Below are positions 1 through 12,392 of a stretch of DNA of 64,000 nt, one piece after another; positions within the stretch are counted from its first letter, which is position 1, and every line of letters begins with the position of its first letter. Position numbers and translations under genes: made by a program. The stretch covers positions 3,072,001 to 3,136,000 of the forward strand of contig OZ244720.1 of assembly GCA_965219085.1 (NCBI GenBank). The letters run 5' to 3'. The stretch comes from Dehalococcoidia bacterium (GTDB lineage: Bacteria; Chloroflexota; Dehalococcoidia; UBA2979). The notes beneath the pieces were generated by a model. That model was not told the DNA's origin. It saw only the letters and a list, made by a program, of their open reading frames with translations, and did not search any database.

Positions 1-1197
1 GCGGGGCTGGTCCAACGGATCGCCTCGCCCGAGGTCACGGAGACCGCCGACCCCGCCACACCTGCCGGCGCCGACGTTGCTCCGGACCAGCGGATAGTAA
101 GCGTGCACCCCGGCCTGCTCGAAGAGATCATCGAGATCCTCGAGGCGTATTTCGTCGAGCCCGACCGGCTCGACCGCCAGCTCTTGTACGACGGCGCCAT
201 CGACGGGCTCTTCCGAGCCCTCGGTGACTCCCACTCGGGCTACATCGACCCGCAGACGTGCGAGGTTCCTGCCGGGAACTGTCCGGGGCGTTCGAAGGCA
301 TTGGCGCGACGGTGGCACGCAAGGTGATTATGTCGTGATCGTCCACCTGCTACCCGGCACCCCGGCCGAGCGCGCCGGCCTCCGCGCCGGCGACGTCATC
401 GTGGCCGTCGATGGAGAGGATGCCGATCGCTGGAGCGTCGAGCAGGCGGTCTTGCGCATCCGTGGTGAGCGCGGAAGCGCTGTCGAACTCGCAGTGCGTC
501 ACACCGATGGCGCCGCGGAGACGATCACGATCGTGCGCGACAGCATCCTCGTGGCCTCCGTGGATACCGCCCCGCCCGGGGGCGTGTTACGAGACAGCGC
601 GGGCAACGAGGTTACGGACATCGGCTACATCCGGATTCGCAGCTTCACCGCCCGCACACCGCGGGAGCTCGCGGAGATGGTGGAGCAACTCGAGGATGGT
701 GGTGGGATCGGGGCGATCATCCTCGACGTGCGCGGCAACCCCGGTGGCCTGCTCAAGCAGACGGCGGAGACGGCCGACCTCTTCCTCGACACGGGCACGA
801 TCGTCGTGCAAGTGGACCGCGCTGGGGCCGAGTGGGTGTACCGCGCGGACCGCGGCACCGTGACCGACCTTCCGATTGCCATCGTGCAGGACGAGTTCTC
901 CGCGTCAGGCTCCGAGGTGCTCGCCGCGGCGATCCAGGAGAACGGCCGCGGCATCGTGGTGCGTGCGACCTCTTCGGCAAGGGTACCATCAACCGCGCGT
1001 GCTACCTGAGCAACGGGGGCGCCGTCTACGTCTCTACAGCCCGCTGGCTGACGCCCGACCGCAATCTCATCGAGGGCCGCGGCGTCATTCCGGACATCGA
1101 GGTGACGCTCGCAGCCGAGGACGTCGAGGCTGCTCGCGACCTGGCCGTGCTTCGCGCGATCGATGCCCTGCGTGCCCTCCAGGGTGGCGCTGCATAG
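1..1197 (+). pseudogene. S41 (CtpA/Prc-like) carboxyl-terminal peptidase, frameshifted paralog; 5' end lies outside the window
   Basis: Three overlapping ORFs (103-327, 224-1009, 832-1197) join into a PDZ + S41 protein (DVRGNPGG, SASGSE, FGKG) closely similar to the intact downstream copy; two frameshifts near 270-310 and 965. Confidence 0.85.
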
Positions 1198-1347
1198 CGA
1201 ATTCCAGCTCCTCGCTCGCACCCCTCCCGACGCTGGTGTCTCTGGACGGGCTGACGCAGCCCGCACCGGTGGTAAACTGACGATCGGAATCGCCCCCAAC
1301 CGCCGCGTCCGCCGGTGCAGGCGGACGGTCCCTCAAGGAGCTCGCGC

Positions 1348-2664
1348 ATGAACTCCAACCTCGTGCGGACGGCGCTCGTGGGCGTCCTCTCCGTCGTCAT
1401 CGCCGTCCTGCTCGTCGCGCTCGGCTTCCTCGCGCGCGTCGTGGTCGAGGGCGACCCCGAACCCGTCGAGCGGATCACCACGATCGAGGTCACCCCCACC
1501 GCCGACGACAGCGCGCCCGACAGTGCCGACGCGACCGACGACGACGACCTGGTGACTATCGATTCTGGCCTGCTCGAGGAGATCATCGAGATCCTCGAGG
1601 ACGACTTCGTCGAGCCCGACCGCATCGACCGCCAGTTGCTGTTCGAGGGCGCGATCAACGGCCTCTTCCAGGCCCTCGGCGACCCCCACTCGGTCTACAT
1701 CGACCCGCAGACGTACGCGGTTTCGCGCGACGACTTCAGCGGCGCGTTCGAGGGCATCGGCGCGACGGTGTCGCGGCAAGAGAATTATGTCGTGATCGTG
1801 CGCCCGCTGCCGAACACTCCCGCCGAGCGCGCCGGGGTCCAGGCCGGCGACATCATCCTCGCCGTCGACGGCGACGACGCCGAGGGCTGGAGCGTCGAGA
1901 AGGCCGTGCTGCGCATCCGCGGCCGCCGCGGCACCCCGGTCGACATCACCGTCCGCCACACCGACGGGACCGAGGAGACGATCACGATCGTGCGCGACAA
2001 CATCCTCGTCGCCTCCGTCGACAGCGCCCCACCCGGCGGCGTGCTGCGCGACAGCGCCGGCGATGAGGCCACGGACATCGGCTACATCCGGATTCGCAGC
2101 TTCACGTCCCGCACACCGCGGGAGCTCGCCGAAATGGTGCGTCAACTGGAGGACAGCGGCGAGATCGACGCGCTGATCATCGATGTGCGCTCGAATCCCG
2201 GCGGGCTGCTCGTCGAGACGGCGGAGACGGCCGACCTCTTCCTCGACGACGGTACGATCCTCGTGCAGGTGGACCGCAGCGGGACGGAGCAGGTCTACCG
2301 GGCCGACCGCAACGTCGTGACTGATCTCCCGATCGCGATCATCCAGGACGAGTTCTCGGCCTCGGGCTCCGAGGTCCTCGCCGCGGCGATCCAGGAGAAC
2401 GGGCGCGGGATCGTGGTGGGCGCCACGTCGTTCGGCAAGGGCACGGTCAACCAGGCGCGCGACCTCAGCAACGGCGGCGCCGTGTACGTCTCGATCGCCC
2501 GCTGGCTCACCCCCGACCGCAACCTCATAGAGGGGCGCGGCGTGGTCCCGGACATCGAGGTGACGCTGACCGCCGACGACATCGAGGCGGACCGCGACCT
2601 CGCGGTGTACCGGGCGATCGACGCCCTGCGCGCCATGCTGTCCTCGCCCGCACAGGGTTCGTAA
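1348..2664 (+). CDS. ctpA: S41 family carboxyl-terminal processing peptidase with N-terminal membrane anchor
   Basis: AAGGAG RBS at 1335-1340; TM helix; FEGIG PDZ motif; DVRSNPGG, SASGSE, SFGKG motifs. Confidence 0.9.
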   Translation: MNSNLVRTALVGVLSVVIAVLLVALGFLARVVVEGDPEPVERITTIEVTPTADDSAPDSADATDDDDLVTIDSGLLEEIIEILEDDFVEPDRIDRQLLFEGAINGLFQALGDPHSVYIDPQTYAVSRDDFSGAFEGIGATVSRQENYVVIVRPLPNTPAERAGVQAGDIILAVDGDDAEGWSVEKAVLRIRGRRGTPVDITVRHTDGTEETITIVRDNILVASVDSAPPGGVLRDSAGDEATDIGYIRIRSFTSRTPRELAEMVRQLEDSGEIDALIIDVRSNPGGLLVETAETADLFLDDGTILVQVDRSGTEQVYRADRNVVTDLPIAIIQDEFSASGSEVLAAAIQENGRGIVVGATSFGKGTVNQARDLSNGGAVYVSIARWLTPDRNLIEGRGVVPDIEVTLTADDIEADRDLAVYRAIDALRAMLSSPAQGS

Positions 2665-2774
2665 GCGCATACTGTACGGGTAGTTATGTCCCGTCACCTA
2701 CCCCTCGGGGTCCGCCCCCGGGGGTGCGGGCGCGTGGCGGCAAGGTGGCCCGGCGGGAGGGTGAGGCGAGCGCG

Positions 2775-3269
2775 GTGGCGAAGCGTTCCTCGACGAAGAA
2801 GCAGCCCGAGTTGCGCGAGGGTGGGACCGTCGCGACGAACCGTCGCGCCCGCTACGACTACACCATCGAGGCCACCCACGAAGCGGGCCTCGTGCTCACG
2901 GGTTCGGAGATCAAGTCGATTCGCGTCGGCCAGGCCAACATCGCCGAAGGCTTCGCCCGATTCGAGGACGGCGAGTTGTGGTTGCACAATGTGAACATCG
3001 CTCCCTACGCGCCGGCCGGGATGAACCACGAGCCGACACGGACGCGCAAGCTCCTGCTGCACCGCGGCGAGCTCGAGCGCCTGGAGCGGGCGCTGCGTGA
3101 GCAGCCCGGCATGACCGTTGTCCCGCTGCGGCTCTACCTGACCCGCGGCATGGCGAAGGTCGAGATCGGGCTTGTGCGTGGTCGTCGCCAGTACGATAAG
3201 CGGCAGGCGATCGCAAAGCGCGAGGCGGAGCGGACGATGCAGCGGGCGCTCAGACGAGACGCGCGCTAG
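2775..3269 (+). CDS. smpB: SsrA-binding protein SmpB
   Basis: NRRARYDY, EAGLVLTGSEIKSIR, RKLLLHR, YDKR motifs; directly upstream of tmRNA; GTG start chosen within ORF 2724-3269. Confidence 0.97.
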   Translation: MAKRSSTKKQPELREGGTVATNRRARYDYTIEATHEAGLVLTGSEIKSIRVGQANIAEGFARFEDGELWLHNVNIAPYAPAGMNHEPTRTRKLLLHRGELERLERALREQPGMTVVPLRLYLTRGMAKVEIGLVRGRRQYDKRQAIAKREAERTMQRALRRDAR

Positions 3270-3311
3270 CGGGCTTCCATCGACGCGGCTCACGTGGCAG
3301 CATAGATACAT

Positions 3312-3668
3312 GGGGACGAAAGGGGTCGACAGCGGTTAACGGACACGGTTTGCGGGTCGAGGCGCCACCAACCTCGTTAAACAGGTGGCACCTAAATAAC
3401 AGGCGATAACGAACTCGCCCTCGCCGCCTAGCTAGGCGGTGACGTCATCCCCGGCTCTTGCCTGGCGAGGTGGGAGATGGCGCCGAAATGCCGGGCTGCA
3501 ATCGCGGGCGCGCGTCACAGGCCCCGCGACCAAGACTACTGTGACTGGCCGGCAGTCTCCCTCGTCAGCGAAGGGATGCCGGTGAGAACCCACCGCTGAC
3601 TACACCCGTAGCAGATCCGTGACGAAGGCTTGCTGGACGGGGAGTTCAATTCTCCCCCGTCTCCACCA
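3312..3668 (+). ncRNA. ssrA: tmRNA, tag peptide (A)GDNELALAA
   Basis: 5' GGGGACG pairs with 3' CGTCTCC-ACCA; T-arm GGGAG-TTCAATT-CTCCC; tag reading frame 3402-3431 after the ATAAC resume signal. Confidence 0.97.
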
Positions 3669-5298
3669 ACTCCATACTCTGAGTTTCCCCCGACCTCGTC
3701 GGGGTCGACGAGGGCCGCCGGGCAGCCGGCGGCCATCTCGATCCCAGACTCAATCAGCGTCCTGAACGCCGGCACGGGTGCGATGCCGACGATGTGCCTG
3801 GACCCGATATCGACGTAGACGGCCTCGACGAGTGGCCGAAGTAAGCGCCGCCGCTCGTCAGCCTTGGCCGGGTCCCACAACTCGGGCAGGTTCTCGAGGA
3901 GCTGCGCGACCTGGTCGAGTTCGATCGTGGTGGAGAGCTGCGTCATGCGCAGCTGCGCGTCCAACTCATCGAGCTCCCGTTCGTACTCTTCCTCGCTGAT
4001 CGTCATGTCGCGATAGCTGCGACCCAGCCGGAGACGCTGAGCTTCCAGCTCGGCAACGCTCGGTCCCTCTTTCTTCACAGCCCGGCGCGCGATCTTCAGC
4101 TTCCAGTCCTGTGGGAGTACGAGTGAGCCGAAGAGGTCGCGGATCTGGACGTCGATCCGCGAAGCCCCGCACGACTTGTTATTCGTCTCGCATTCGTCAG
4201 CGTGGCGCTCGCGGTACAGAGGGTTTCCAGACCTATTGACGTCGACCTGCACCCGCTTCCAACAGTGGCCACAGCGGATCATGCCGGCAAGGAGGCCGCG
4301 CGGACCCCCAGCCTTACGGCGCCCCGGCCCCCGCTTCACTGTGCGGGTCTGGACGCGCTCGAAGAGGTCGCGCGCGATGATCCCATCGTGCTGGCCGGGG
4401 AATTCCTCGTCTTTGAGCTTCACGACGCCGAGATAGAACCGGAAGCTGAGCATGTCCCGCACTGAGAACCCGGTGAACAGCTTGCCCTTACGGGTGCGGA
4501 AGCCCTGGGCATTGAGCCCGCGCGCGATTGCACTGTACGTCTCGCCCGCCGCGCGCTTCGCGAACGCCGTCCGAACCGCCTCCGCCTCCTCCGGCACCGG
4601 ACAGGGGGTGCCGCTCTCATCGTCCTTGCGGTATCCGAACGGGATCGAGCCATTCTGGAGGCCCTGCTCGGCGCGCTGGCGCACTCCCTTCTGGACAGTC
4701 GGGCGAGCTGGGCAGAGAAGAATTCGGCGAACCCTCCAATCATCGTGAGCATCAACCGGCCCTCGGGAGTCGTGTAGTCGATGTTCTCCGTGACGCTAGC
4801 GAAGCCGACGCCGGCCATGCCCAAGATCTGCAGAGCTTCGGTCTGGACCTTCATGTTGCGTGCCCACCGGTCAATGGTGTGGACGATGACCACGTCGAAG
4901 TCGCCCAGTTGGGCGTCCTCCAGCAGCTGGCGCAGCTGAGGACGCTTCGAGAGCTTATCGGTGTGGGCGCTCACCGCTTCGGAGTAGATTCGGATGAGCT
5001 CGTACCCCTGCTGCTCGCAGTAGCGCGCGATCTCCACGCGCTGAGCATCGAGGGAGTATCCCTTCGTCTGGTCCTCCGTCGAGACCCGGATGTAGCCGAC
5101 AGCCCTGCCCTTGCTCCCTGGGGTCAGATGGGAGGGGCGAAGCGCGGCGCCCATCGGCTCCGCGAGGGCTTCGGATTCAGGCGCCCCGGCCGAATCCATG
5201 CTGATCTCGTAGGCCCCCTCGAACCGGAGTTGCTCGCGGTGGGCAAGAGCCGGAGTAGGCTCCGAGGAGCGGCTCTGGTTGGAGCTGTTCTTCCTCAT
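3536..5298 (-). pseudogene. Large serine recombinase (resolvase + recombinase + Zn ribbon), one frameshift near 4700; 3' end overlaps ssrA
   Basis: YIRVSTEDQ and DRWAR catalytic motifs in ORF 4420-5670; PFGY, YLG and CGHC in ORF 3536-4684; start codon uncertain. Confidence 0.88.
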
Positions 5299-6059
5299 GG
5301 TTTGTGTGTCCTTTCTGTTCTGGGCTACGTGCCTGCCGGGCGCCGGGGCGGCTCCTCGACTTGGCGAAGAGCAGCCCCGGTCACCCTTGCTGCTACCTGC
5401 TTGATTTGGTCGAACGCCACATATGCCAGTCGCTTGGACTCGCATGCGTGCGCTTCGACTCTCTACGCCGCCTCCAGGTCGTGCTGGTCGCTCGCACGCG
5501 TGCGCGCCGCCGGGTACTGGCGGTGCGCACCGTGCCTCGAGCGAGCGCCGCTTGAGGACCGTGAGGGCGATGTCGGCCCATTCAGCCTGGAGTTGTGCCA
5601 GGCGAGGGTCGACATCGCGGGGACGCGAACGTCGCGCGCTGTTGCGGCCGAGCTGGCCGGACCTACGCAAGGTGTGCCTTCGGCGCGACGTTCGGGCGGT
5701 CGTCCCTGCCGTCGCGAAGGGCTATCGTTTTGGTCGTGGACATGGAGTATCTCCTCCTCGTCTGCAGGCGGTCCGGCGTTCACGCGCCGGACTGCCGTTC
5801 CTGCGTGCTGGGGCATCACCTTGCGCCGCGCGCCAGGGTCGGTGGTCGCAGAAGAGACACACCGTCCCCTCGATGGCTCCGGGCTGATTCCTTTCGCTGT
5901 CGCCAGCCCGCGGCACAGGCCGGCCCGGTGCTTCCGAACTATCCGTCCCGCCCCGGTCCCAGTTGCTGGGCGGATCTGCGGTAGTCGGAGCACTTCCTCC
6001 GTTGCTGCCGACGGTCCAGCGTTGTAGCGCCACTCCGCCGACTGCTCCCTGCCAGGCCT

Positions 6060-6461
6060 TGCCCGGTTCTCCGGCGCCAGCATCCCGGTCGCGATCTGCG
6101 TGCTCAACAAGAACAAGCCCCCAGAACGCGATGGCAAGGTGCTGTTCATCGACGCGAACCAGGAGGGCGGCTTCCGCACCGGCAAGGCCCGCAACTTCCT
6201 CGACCCCGAGCACATCGCTCGGATCGCCGACGCGTACCGCGCGTTCAGCGACGAGGAGCGCTTCGCTCACGTCGCGGACATCGAGGAGATCGCGTCGAAC
6301 GACTACAACCTCAACATCAGCCGCTACGTGGACACGACCGAGCCGATCGACGTGCCGAGCGTCGAGGAGGCCCTGGCGCTGCTGCGCGAGGCGAGGAGCG
6401 GCGCGACCAGGCGGCGAGGCGGATGGATGATCTGCTCGCGGAGCTTGGGTATGCCCGATAG
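6060..6461 (+). pseudogene. hsdM: Type I R-M methyltransferase, C-terminal remnant
   Basis: IPVAICVLNKNK..VLFIDA..IASNDYNLNISRYVD..RMDDLLAELGY; N-terminal part with the catalytic motifs is absent. Confidence 0.85.
6419..6461 (+). repeat. hsdM 3'-end segment, copy 1 (direct repeat with 7293-7335)
   Basis: 35/43 nt identical to 7293-7335. Confidence 0.8.
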
Positions 6462-6577
6462 CACGGGCGGAGCGGTCTGCGCGAGAGTGTTCAGGCGGGG
6501 TCTTATCGTATGACGAACCTCCGCGCGGTGAAGGACGCTACAGGGGAAGCGATAGACGAGACGGAGGACACGGATCT

Positions 6578-7279
6578 GTGGCTACCCTGACAGCACTCCT
6601 GCATGAGCTTGAGCCGATGATTGCGCCGCTGGACGCATACCTTGGTCGGCTGGCGGCCGAGCTGACACCACTCCTGCGCGAGCTCCAGCCGATGTCTGAG
6701 GTACTGAGCGCGGATGCCCGCGCCAACACGCACGCAGAGTGCTACGTGGAGGCCGGCACCGCTGTCACGTATGACGATGCCGTGCTGCTCGCATTCGGAC
6801 TGATGGCATTCCGGCTCCCCTACACCGGGGATCAACGCGAGCCCGAAGAAGGCGACATCAGCACCGTGCGCGACTACGAGATGATGGCAGTCTGGTCGGA
6901 GCGAGCCGGCAAGCTCGAGTCGCTTGTCAAGGAATCTCGCTCCAGTCCTCTCGCCTTCCAGGCGCTGCAACGGGTCGTGGCCCGCATTCGCGAGACGGAC
7001 GAACCGATGCCGCGAGCCCTCTCCGAGTGGGCCTATGACGTCGCGACCGGCACTCGCGAGTGCCCGACGGCTGGGCCGGGTCGGAGCCCGTATACGAACC
7101 AGGTCCGCGACGCCGTGATCGTTCGAACCATCGGTGCGCTGGTGCATGCCGGGCTCACGGCAACGCGCAATGAGGCGTCGGAACCTGAGTCGGCCTGCGA
7201 CGCTGTCTCCCGAGCGCTTCAAGGCCACGGTGAGGAATTGGGATACGCGGCCGTGGCCAAGATCTGGAGCAGGCGGTAA
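6578..7279 (+). CDS. Hypothetical protein
   Basis: 233-aa ORF with GGAGG upstream, co-oriented with the operon; no family recognised. Confidence 0.6.
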   Translation: MATLTALLHELEPMIAPLDAYLGRLAAELTPLLRELQPMSEVLSADARANTHAECYVEAGTAVTYDDAVLLAFGLMAFRLPYTGDQREPEEGDISTVRDYEMMAVWSERAGKLESLVKESRSSPLAFQALQRVVARIRETDEPMPRALSEWAYDVATGTRECPTAGPGRSPYTNQVRDAVIVRTIGALVHAGLTATRNEASEPESACDAVSRALQGHGEELGYAAVAKIWSRR

Positions 7280-7292
7280 CGGCGGAAGCGAA

Positions 7293-7335
7293 GCGGATGG
7301 ACGAGCTGCTCGCCGGGCTTGGGTACACGCGGTAG
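7293..7335 (+). repeat. hsdM 3'-end segment, copy 2
   Basis: Encodes RMDELLAGLGYTR-stop, homologous to RMDDLLAELGYAR-stop. Confidence 0.8.
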
Positions 7336-7350
7336 GCGTACAATCAGTCG

Positions 7351-7589
7351 ATGCCGACGATCCTGAGGGAGGGGCCGTACCAGTTCTACTTGTGTCAGCC
7401 GACCGCGACGAGCCGCCTCACATACACGTGCGGCGCGACGATGGCTTCGCCAAGTTCTGGCTCACTCCTGAGGTGGTGTTGCAGAGCAGCGGCAACTTCG
7501 GCAGGGCGGAGGTGCGGCGCATCCAGACGATCGTCGAGAACAACCAGGCCATGTTCCTGCGGAGGTGGGATGGCTACTTCAATCGTTGA
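7351..7589 (+). pseudogene. DUF4160 protein (putative toxin), frameshifted
   Basis: MPTILREGPYQFY + SADRDEPPHIHVRRD..AKFWL across a frameshift near 7393. Confidence 0.8.
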
Positions 7590-7914
7590 GCTGGAAGTCC
7601 CCGGAGCCACGGGCCTGACCGTCAGCGAGGACACGCTCACCGCCGAGTTGTCCGACGGCCGCACCATCTCCGTGCCGCTCGCCTGGTACCCGCGACTGAT
7701 CCACGCGACTCCGGAGGAGCGCGGCCGGTGGGAACTGCACGCCGCGGGCCAGCACATCCACTGGCTCGATCTGGACGAGGATCTGAGCGTCGAGGGACTG
7801 CTCGCGGGCCGTCCCTCCGGCGAGGGCCGGGAGTCGTTCGGGCGCTGGCTCGAGGCGAAGCGCGCCGGCCGACCGCTCACACTCGACGCCCTCTTCGCCG
7901 CCGACGAGGGGTAG
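7570..7914 (+). CDS. DUF2442 protein (putative antitoxin)
   Basis: LSDGRTISVPLAWYPRL..IHWLDLDEDLSVEGLL; GGAGG RBS; paired with DUF4160. Confidence 0.88.
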   Translation: MATSIVELEVPGATGLTVSEDTLTAELSDGRTISVPLAWYPRLIHATPEERGRWELHAAGQHIHWLDLDEDLSVEGLLAGRPSGEGRESFGRWLEAKRAGRPLTLDALFAADEG

Positions 7915-7928
7915 CGGCAGCGCGGCCG

Positions 7929-8273
7929 ATGAAGTTGACGTACGCCGTCGTCTTCGAGCAGACCCCGAACAACTACTGCGCCTCCGTGCCTGACGTGCCG
8001 GGCTGCGTGGGCGGCGGCGACAGCTTGGACGAGATGCGGGCCACGATCCGGGAAGCCCTCGCATTCCACATCGAGGACCTGCTGGAGCAGGGCGAACCCC
8101 TCCCCGAGCCGAAGATGTCCGTCGACGACGCGATCGCCTACCACAACGAACCCATCCCCGCGGATGTCCGCGAGTCCTACGCCGAGTACGGCGACGACAC
8201 CCCGACGCTCTCGACGAGGTTCGAGTTCGTGGAAATCGAGGTCCCAGCTCCGCAGCCGGCTCAGGCGAGTTGA
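7929..8273 (+). CDS. HicB-family antitoxin (no adjacent hicA)
   Basis: YAVVFEQ..YCASVPDVPGC..G..IREALAFHIE. Confidence 0.8.
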   Translation: MKLTYAVVFEQTPNNYCASVPDVPGCVGGGDSLDEMRATIREALAFHIEDLLEQGEPLPEPKMSVDDAIAYHNEPIPADVRESYAEYGDDTPTLSTRFEFVEIEVPAPQPAQAS

Positions 8274-9507
8274 CGCTCGACGCCACCGATATCCCTGGCG
8301 GCTGGCGGGCCGTACGCCTCGGGGATGTGGCGACTCTTCGGAGGGAGCAAGTCAAGCCGGTGGAAGGCGATCCCCGGCCGTATATTGCCCTTGAGAACAT
8401 CGAGTCTGGCGGAGCGCTCAGCGGCTACGGGGCAGCGGGAGAGTCGATCAGCAACAAGACCGTCTTCTTCCGGGGCGACACCCTCTACGGGAAGCTTCGT
8501 CCGAACCTCCGCAAGGTCATCCGCGCTGACTTCGACGGGGTCTGCTCGACTGACATTCTCGCGGTCTACGCGCGTGAGGGGCTGGATGGCTCCTTCCTCA
8601 GTCAGTTGCTTCGCAGCGACCTCTTGCACGAGCGCGCCATGCGCGGGGTGGCCGGCACCAAGATGCCGCGCACGTCATGGAAGCATCTCGAACCGTTCAC
8701 GTACCCGCTCCCACCCCTGCCCGAACAGCGCGCCATCGCCGCCGTCCTCGACGGCATCGACGAGGCGATCGAGCGCACCGAGGAGGTCATCGCCGCCACG
8801 GAACACCTCCGCGACGCCCTGGTCCACGAGCTGCTGACCCGCGGCCTGCCCGGCCGGCACTCGGAGTGGGTGGACGTGCCCGGCCTCGGAACGGCGCCGG
8901 CGTGCTGGGACGTCGTGCGGCTGGGGGATGTGTGCGAAGTCACCTCGGGGTTCGCGATGGGACCGCGGCGCACCCCCCGAGATCACCCACGGCCATACCT
9001 CACCGTCGCGAACGTGCGCGCCGATCAAGTCACCGCAGGTGAACTCCGCTACATGGAACTCACAGACGCCGAGCACGCCTCACGCTCGCTCCGCGCGGGG
9101 GATCTTGTCGTAGTGGAGGGGCACGCGCAGGTCGCTCAACTCGGCCGCGCGGCGATCGTCCCTCCTGAAGCGGAGGGCTTCACTTTCCAAACCACTTGTT
9201 CAGGGTTCGCGTTCTCGAAGGTGGCGACCTCCGCTTCGTCGCCGCCTTCATCAACCGGCCGCGCGGACGGGCGTACTTTGCTTCCTTCGGCGGGACGACC
9301 AGCGGACTGAACACGGTGAGTGCGAGGAACGTTCGGCTCCTCCCCGTTCCGTGGCCAAGCGGCACGGAGCAGCAGGCCATTACCGCGGCCCTCACGGGCG
9401 TCGCCGACAGCGTCGAGCGGGCGCGTGAGGAGCGGGCGCGACTACAATCGTTGCAGGCGTCGGCGGCGGATGCACTGTTGACGGGGCGCGTGCGGGTTCC
9501 CCGATGA
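8270..9507 (+). pseudogene. hsdS: Type I R-M specificity subunit, frameshift near 9190
   Basis: W..VRLGDV, KLRPNLRK, PPLPEQRAIA, second TRD, EQQAI..LLTGRVRV. Confidence 0.9.
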
Positions 9508-9539
9508 GGTTCCCCGAAACACCAGGTTGACTGGACTCA

Positions 9540-10349
9540 ATGACTGACGAATCCGAGGCACGAGTCAGCGAGGACAGCGGGACCCGGCGGCTCATTGCGA
9601 GCGGGGCCGAGATCGCAGGTGGAGTCTCCACCGGCCTCGCAAGCGCGGCGACAGCCCTCATTCTAGGAGGACTCGAAGGCGCCGCCCTCGGAGGCGCGGC
9701 CAGCTCAAGTCTTTCACTCGGTCTGCGATGGCTCGGCGGAGAGCTATCGGCTCGACTCCTGAGCCCGCGAAAAGAGCAGCGCCCAGGCTACGTATACACG
9801 GTGGCGGCGGCGGAGATAGCTGAGCGCGTCAAGAACGGGGAGCCAGTTCGAGAAGATGGGTTCTTCGGTGAGTCGGGTCGAGGCAGATCCGAAGCCGAAG
9901 AAGTTTGGGAAAGCATTCTGATGAAGAGCCAACGCGAGCCAGAAGAGAGGAAACTGCCTTACATGGCACATCTACTCGCGAGCTTGGCGTTTGCAGAAGA
10001 AGTCGGTGCTCACATGGCTCACCAACTCACGAAGGCCGCCGACCAACTTACGTACCGGCAACCCTGCATCCTGAAGTTGATTGCACATCAGGAACGATAC
10101 AGTCTTCGCGAGGGTGACTACACAGAACTAGACGGCAAGGCCTCAGTGGGGCTACTCTAATTGACTCACGAATACCACGATCTCAGCAATATGAGGTATA
10201 TCTTGTCGCCAGGGCTCACGTCCGGGCTCGCCTATCTGAATCCAAGCGAGGTTACGCTGCAAGCAATGGGAGAAGTGACCGTCCGCCTCATGCGCCTGGA
10301 GGAGATCCCCGAGGAAGACATCACACCGATTGTCACGGAGCTGGCGTAA
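9540..10349 (+). pseudogene. Hypothetical lower-GC accessory gene with in-frame TAA at 10158-10160
   Basis: ORFs 9540-10160 and 10161-10349 are contiguous in one frame; visibly lower GC. Confidence 0.55.
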
Positions 10350-10357
10350 CTGATCCA

Positions 10358-10476
10358 ATGACCCCCGCTCGGAAGCTCAACGAACTCAACTCCGCCGAGA
10401 ACCCCGCGCGAACTCCTCGAGCGGCTCGGGTACGCGTACGTGGCGTGCGAGGCTCTGGCGGCGGAGCGCGAGGGCG
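10358..10476 (+). repeat. Orphan copy of the hsdR 5' end (direct repeat with 11137-11260)
   Basis: GCTCAACGAACTCAACTCCGCCGAGAACCCCGC and CTGGCGGCGGAGCGCGAGGGCG are shared with the hsdR start. Confidence 0.9.
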
Positions 10477-10488
10477 CAGGATAGCTGG

Positions 10489-10788
10489 ATGGGCCGCATG
10501 ACTCGCGACGAAGTCCTTGAGACGCTGCGGGCGCACCGCGAGACGCTCGCCAAACGGTTCGGCGTGCGGAGCCTCGCGCTCTTCGGCTCGTACGCGCGCG
10601 GCACGGCCACGGAGTCGAGCGACATCGACATCCTCGTCGGGTTCGACGGGCCGGCCACATCGAAGTCGTACTTCGGCCTGCAATTCTACCTCGAGGAGTT
10701 GTTCGGCCGACCGATCGATCTCGTGACGGACAAGGCGCTGCGGCCCCGGTTCCGCCCCTACGTCGAGCGCGAGGCGGTGGATGTCTGA
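10489..10788 (+). CDS. Minimal nucleotidyltransferase (MNT antitoxin)
   Basis: LFGSYARG..SDIDILV motif. Confidence 0.92.
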   Translation: MGRMTRDEVLETLRAHRETLAKRFGVRSLALFGSYARGTATESSDIDILVGFDGPATSKSYFGLQFYLEELFGRPIDLVTDKALRPRFRPYVEREAVDV

Positions 10789-11136
10789 TCCGGACGACGC
10801 GCGCGACTGGCGGCTCTACGTCGAGGACATGATCGAGTTCGGGCAACGGGTGGCCGCATATGCGCGCGGGATGGACCAGGAGGCGTTCATCGCCGACGGA
10901 CGCACGTACGACGCCACGCTACGCAACATCGAACTGATCGGCGAGTCGGCGACGCACGTCCCGGCCCCGGTACGCCAGGCGTATCCGGGGATCGAGTGGC
11001 AGCGAATCGTGGCGACCCGGAACCGGGTGGCTCACGCCTACCTCGGTATCGACGACGACGTCATCTGGGACATCATCCAGACCGACATCCCGGAACTACT
11101 CGTCGCGCTGAGGCGCCTGTTGGAGCAGGAGCGAGC

Positions 11137-11140
<4 letters not shown>
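10781..11140 (+). CDS. HEPN/DUF86 RNase toxin
   Basis: RNRVAHAY (Rx4HxY); overlaps MNT. Confidence 0.92.
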
Positions 11141-12390
<1,250 letters not shown>

Positions 12391-12392
12391 GG

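Noticed and set aside
2700-2725. GC-rich hairpin as an intrinsic terminator between ctpA and smpB
   Set aside because: No U-tract, and such hairpins arise often at this GC content
5463-5745. Small recombination directionality factor upstream of the integrase
   Set aside because: A good RBS and ATG exist at about 5743 (minus), but the frame closes after 26 codons and no family is recognisable
10158-10160. Recoded stop in the 9540-10349 gene
   Set aside because: The codon is TAA, not TGA or TAG; more likely a nonsense mutation or error
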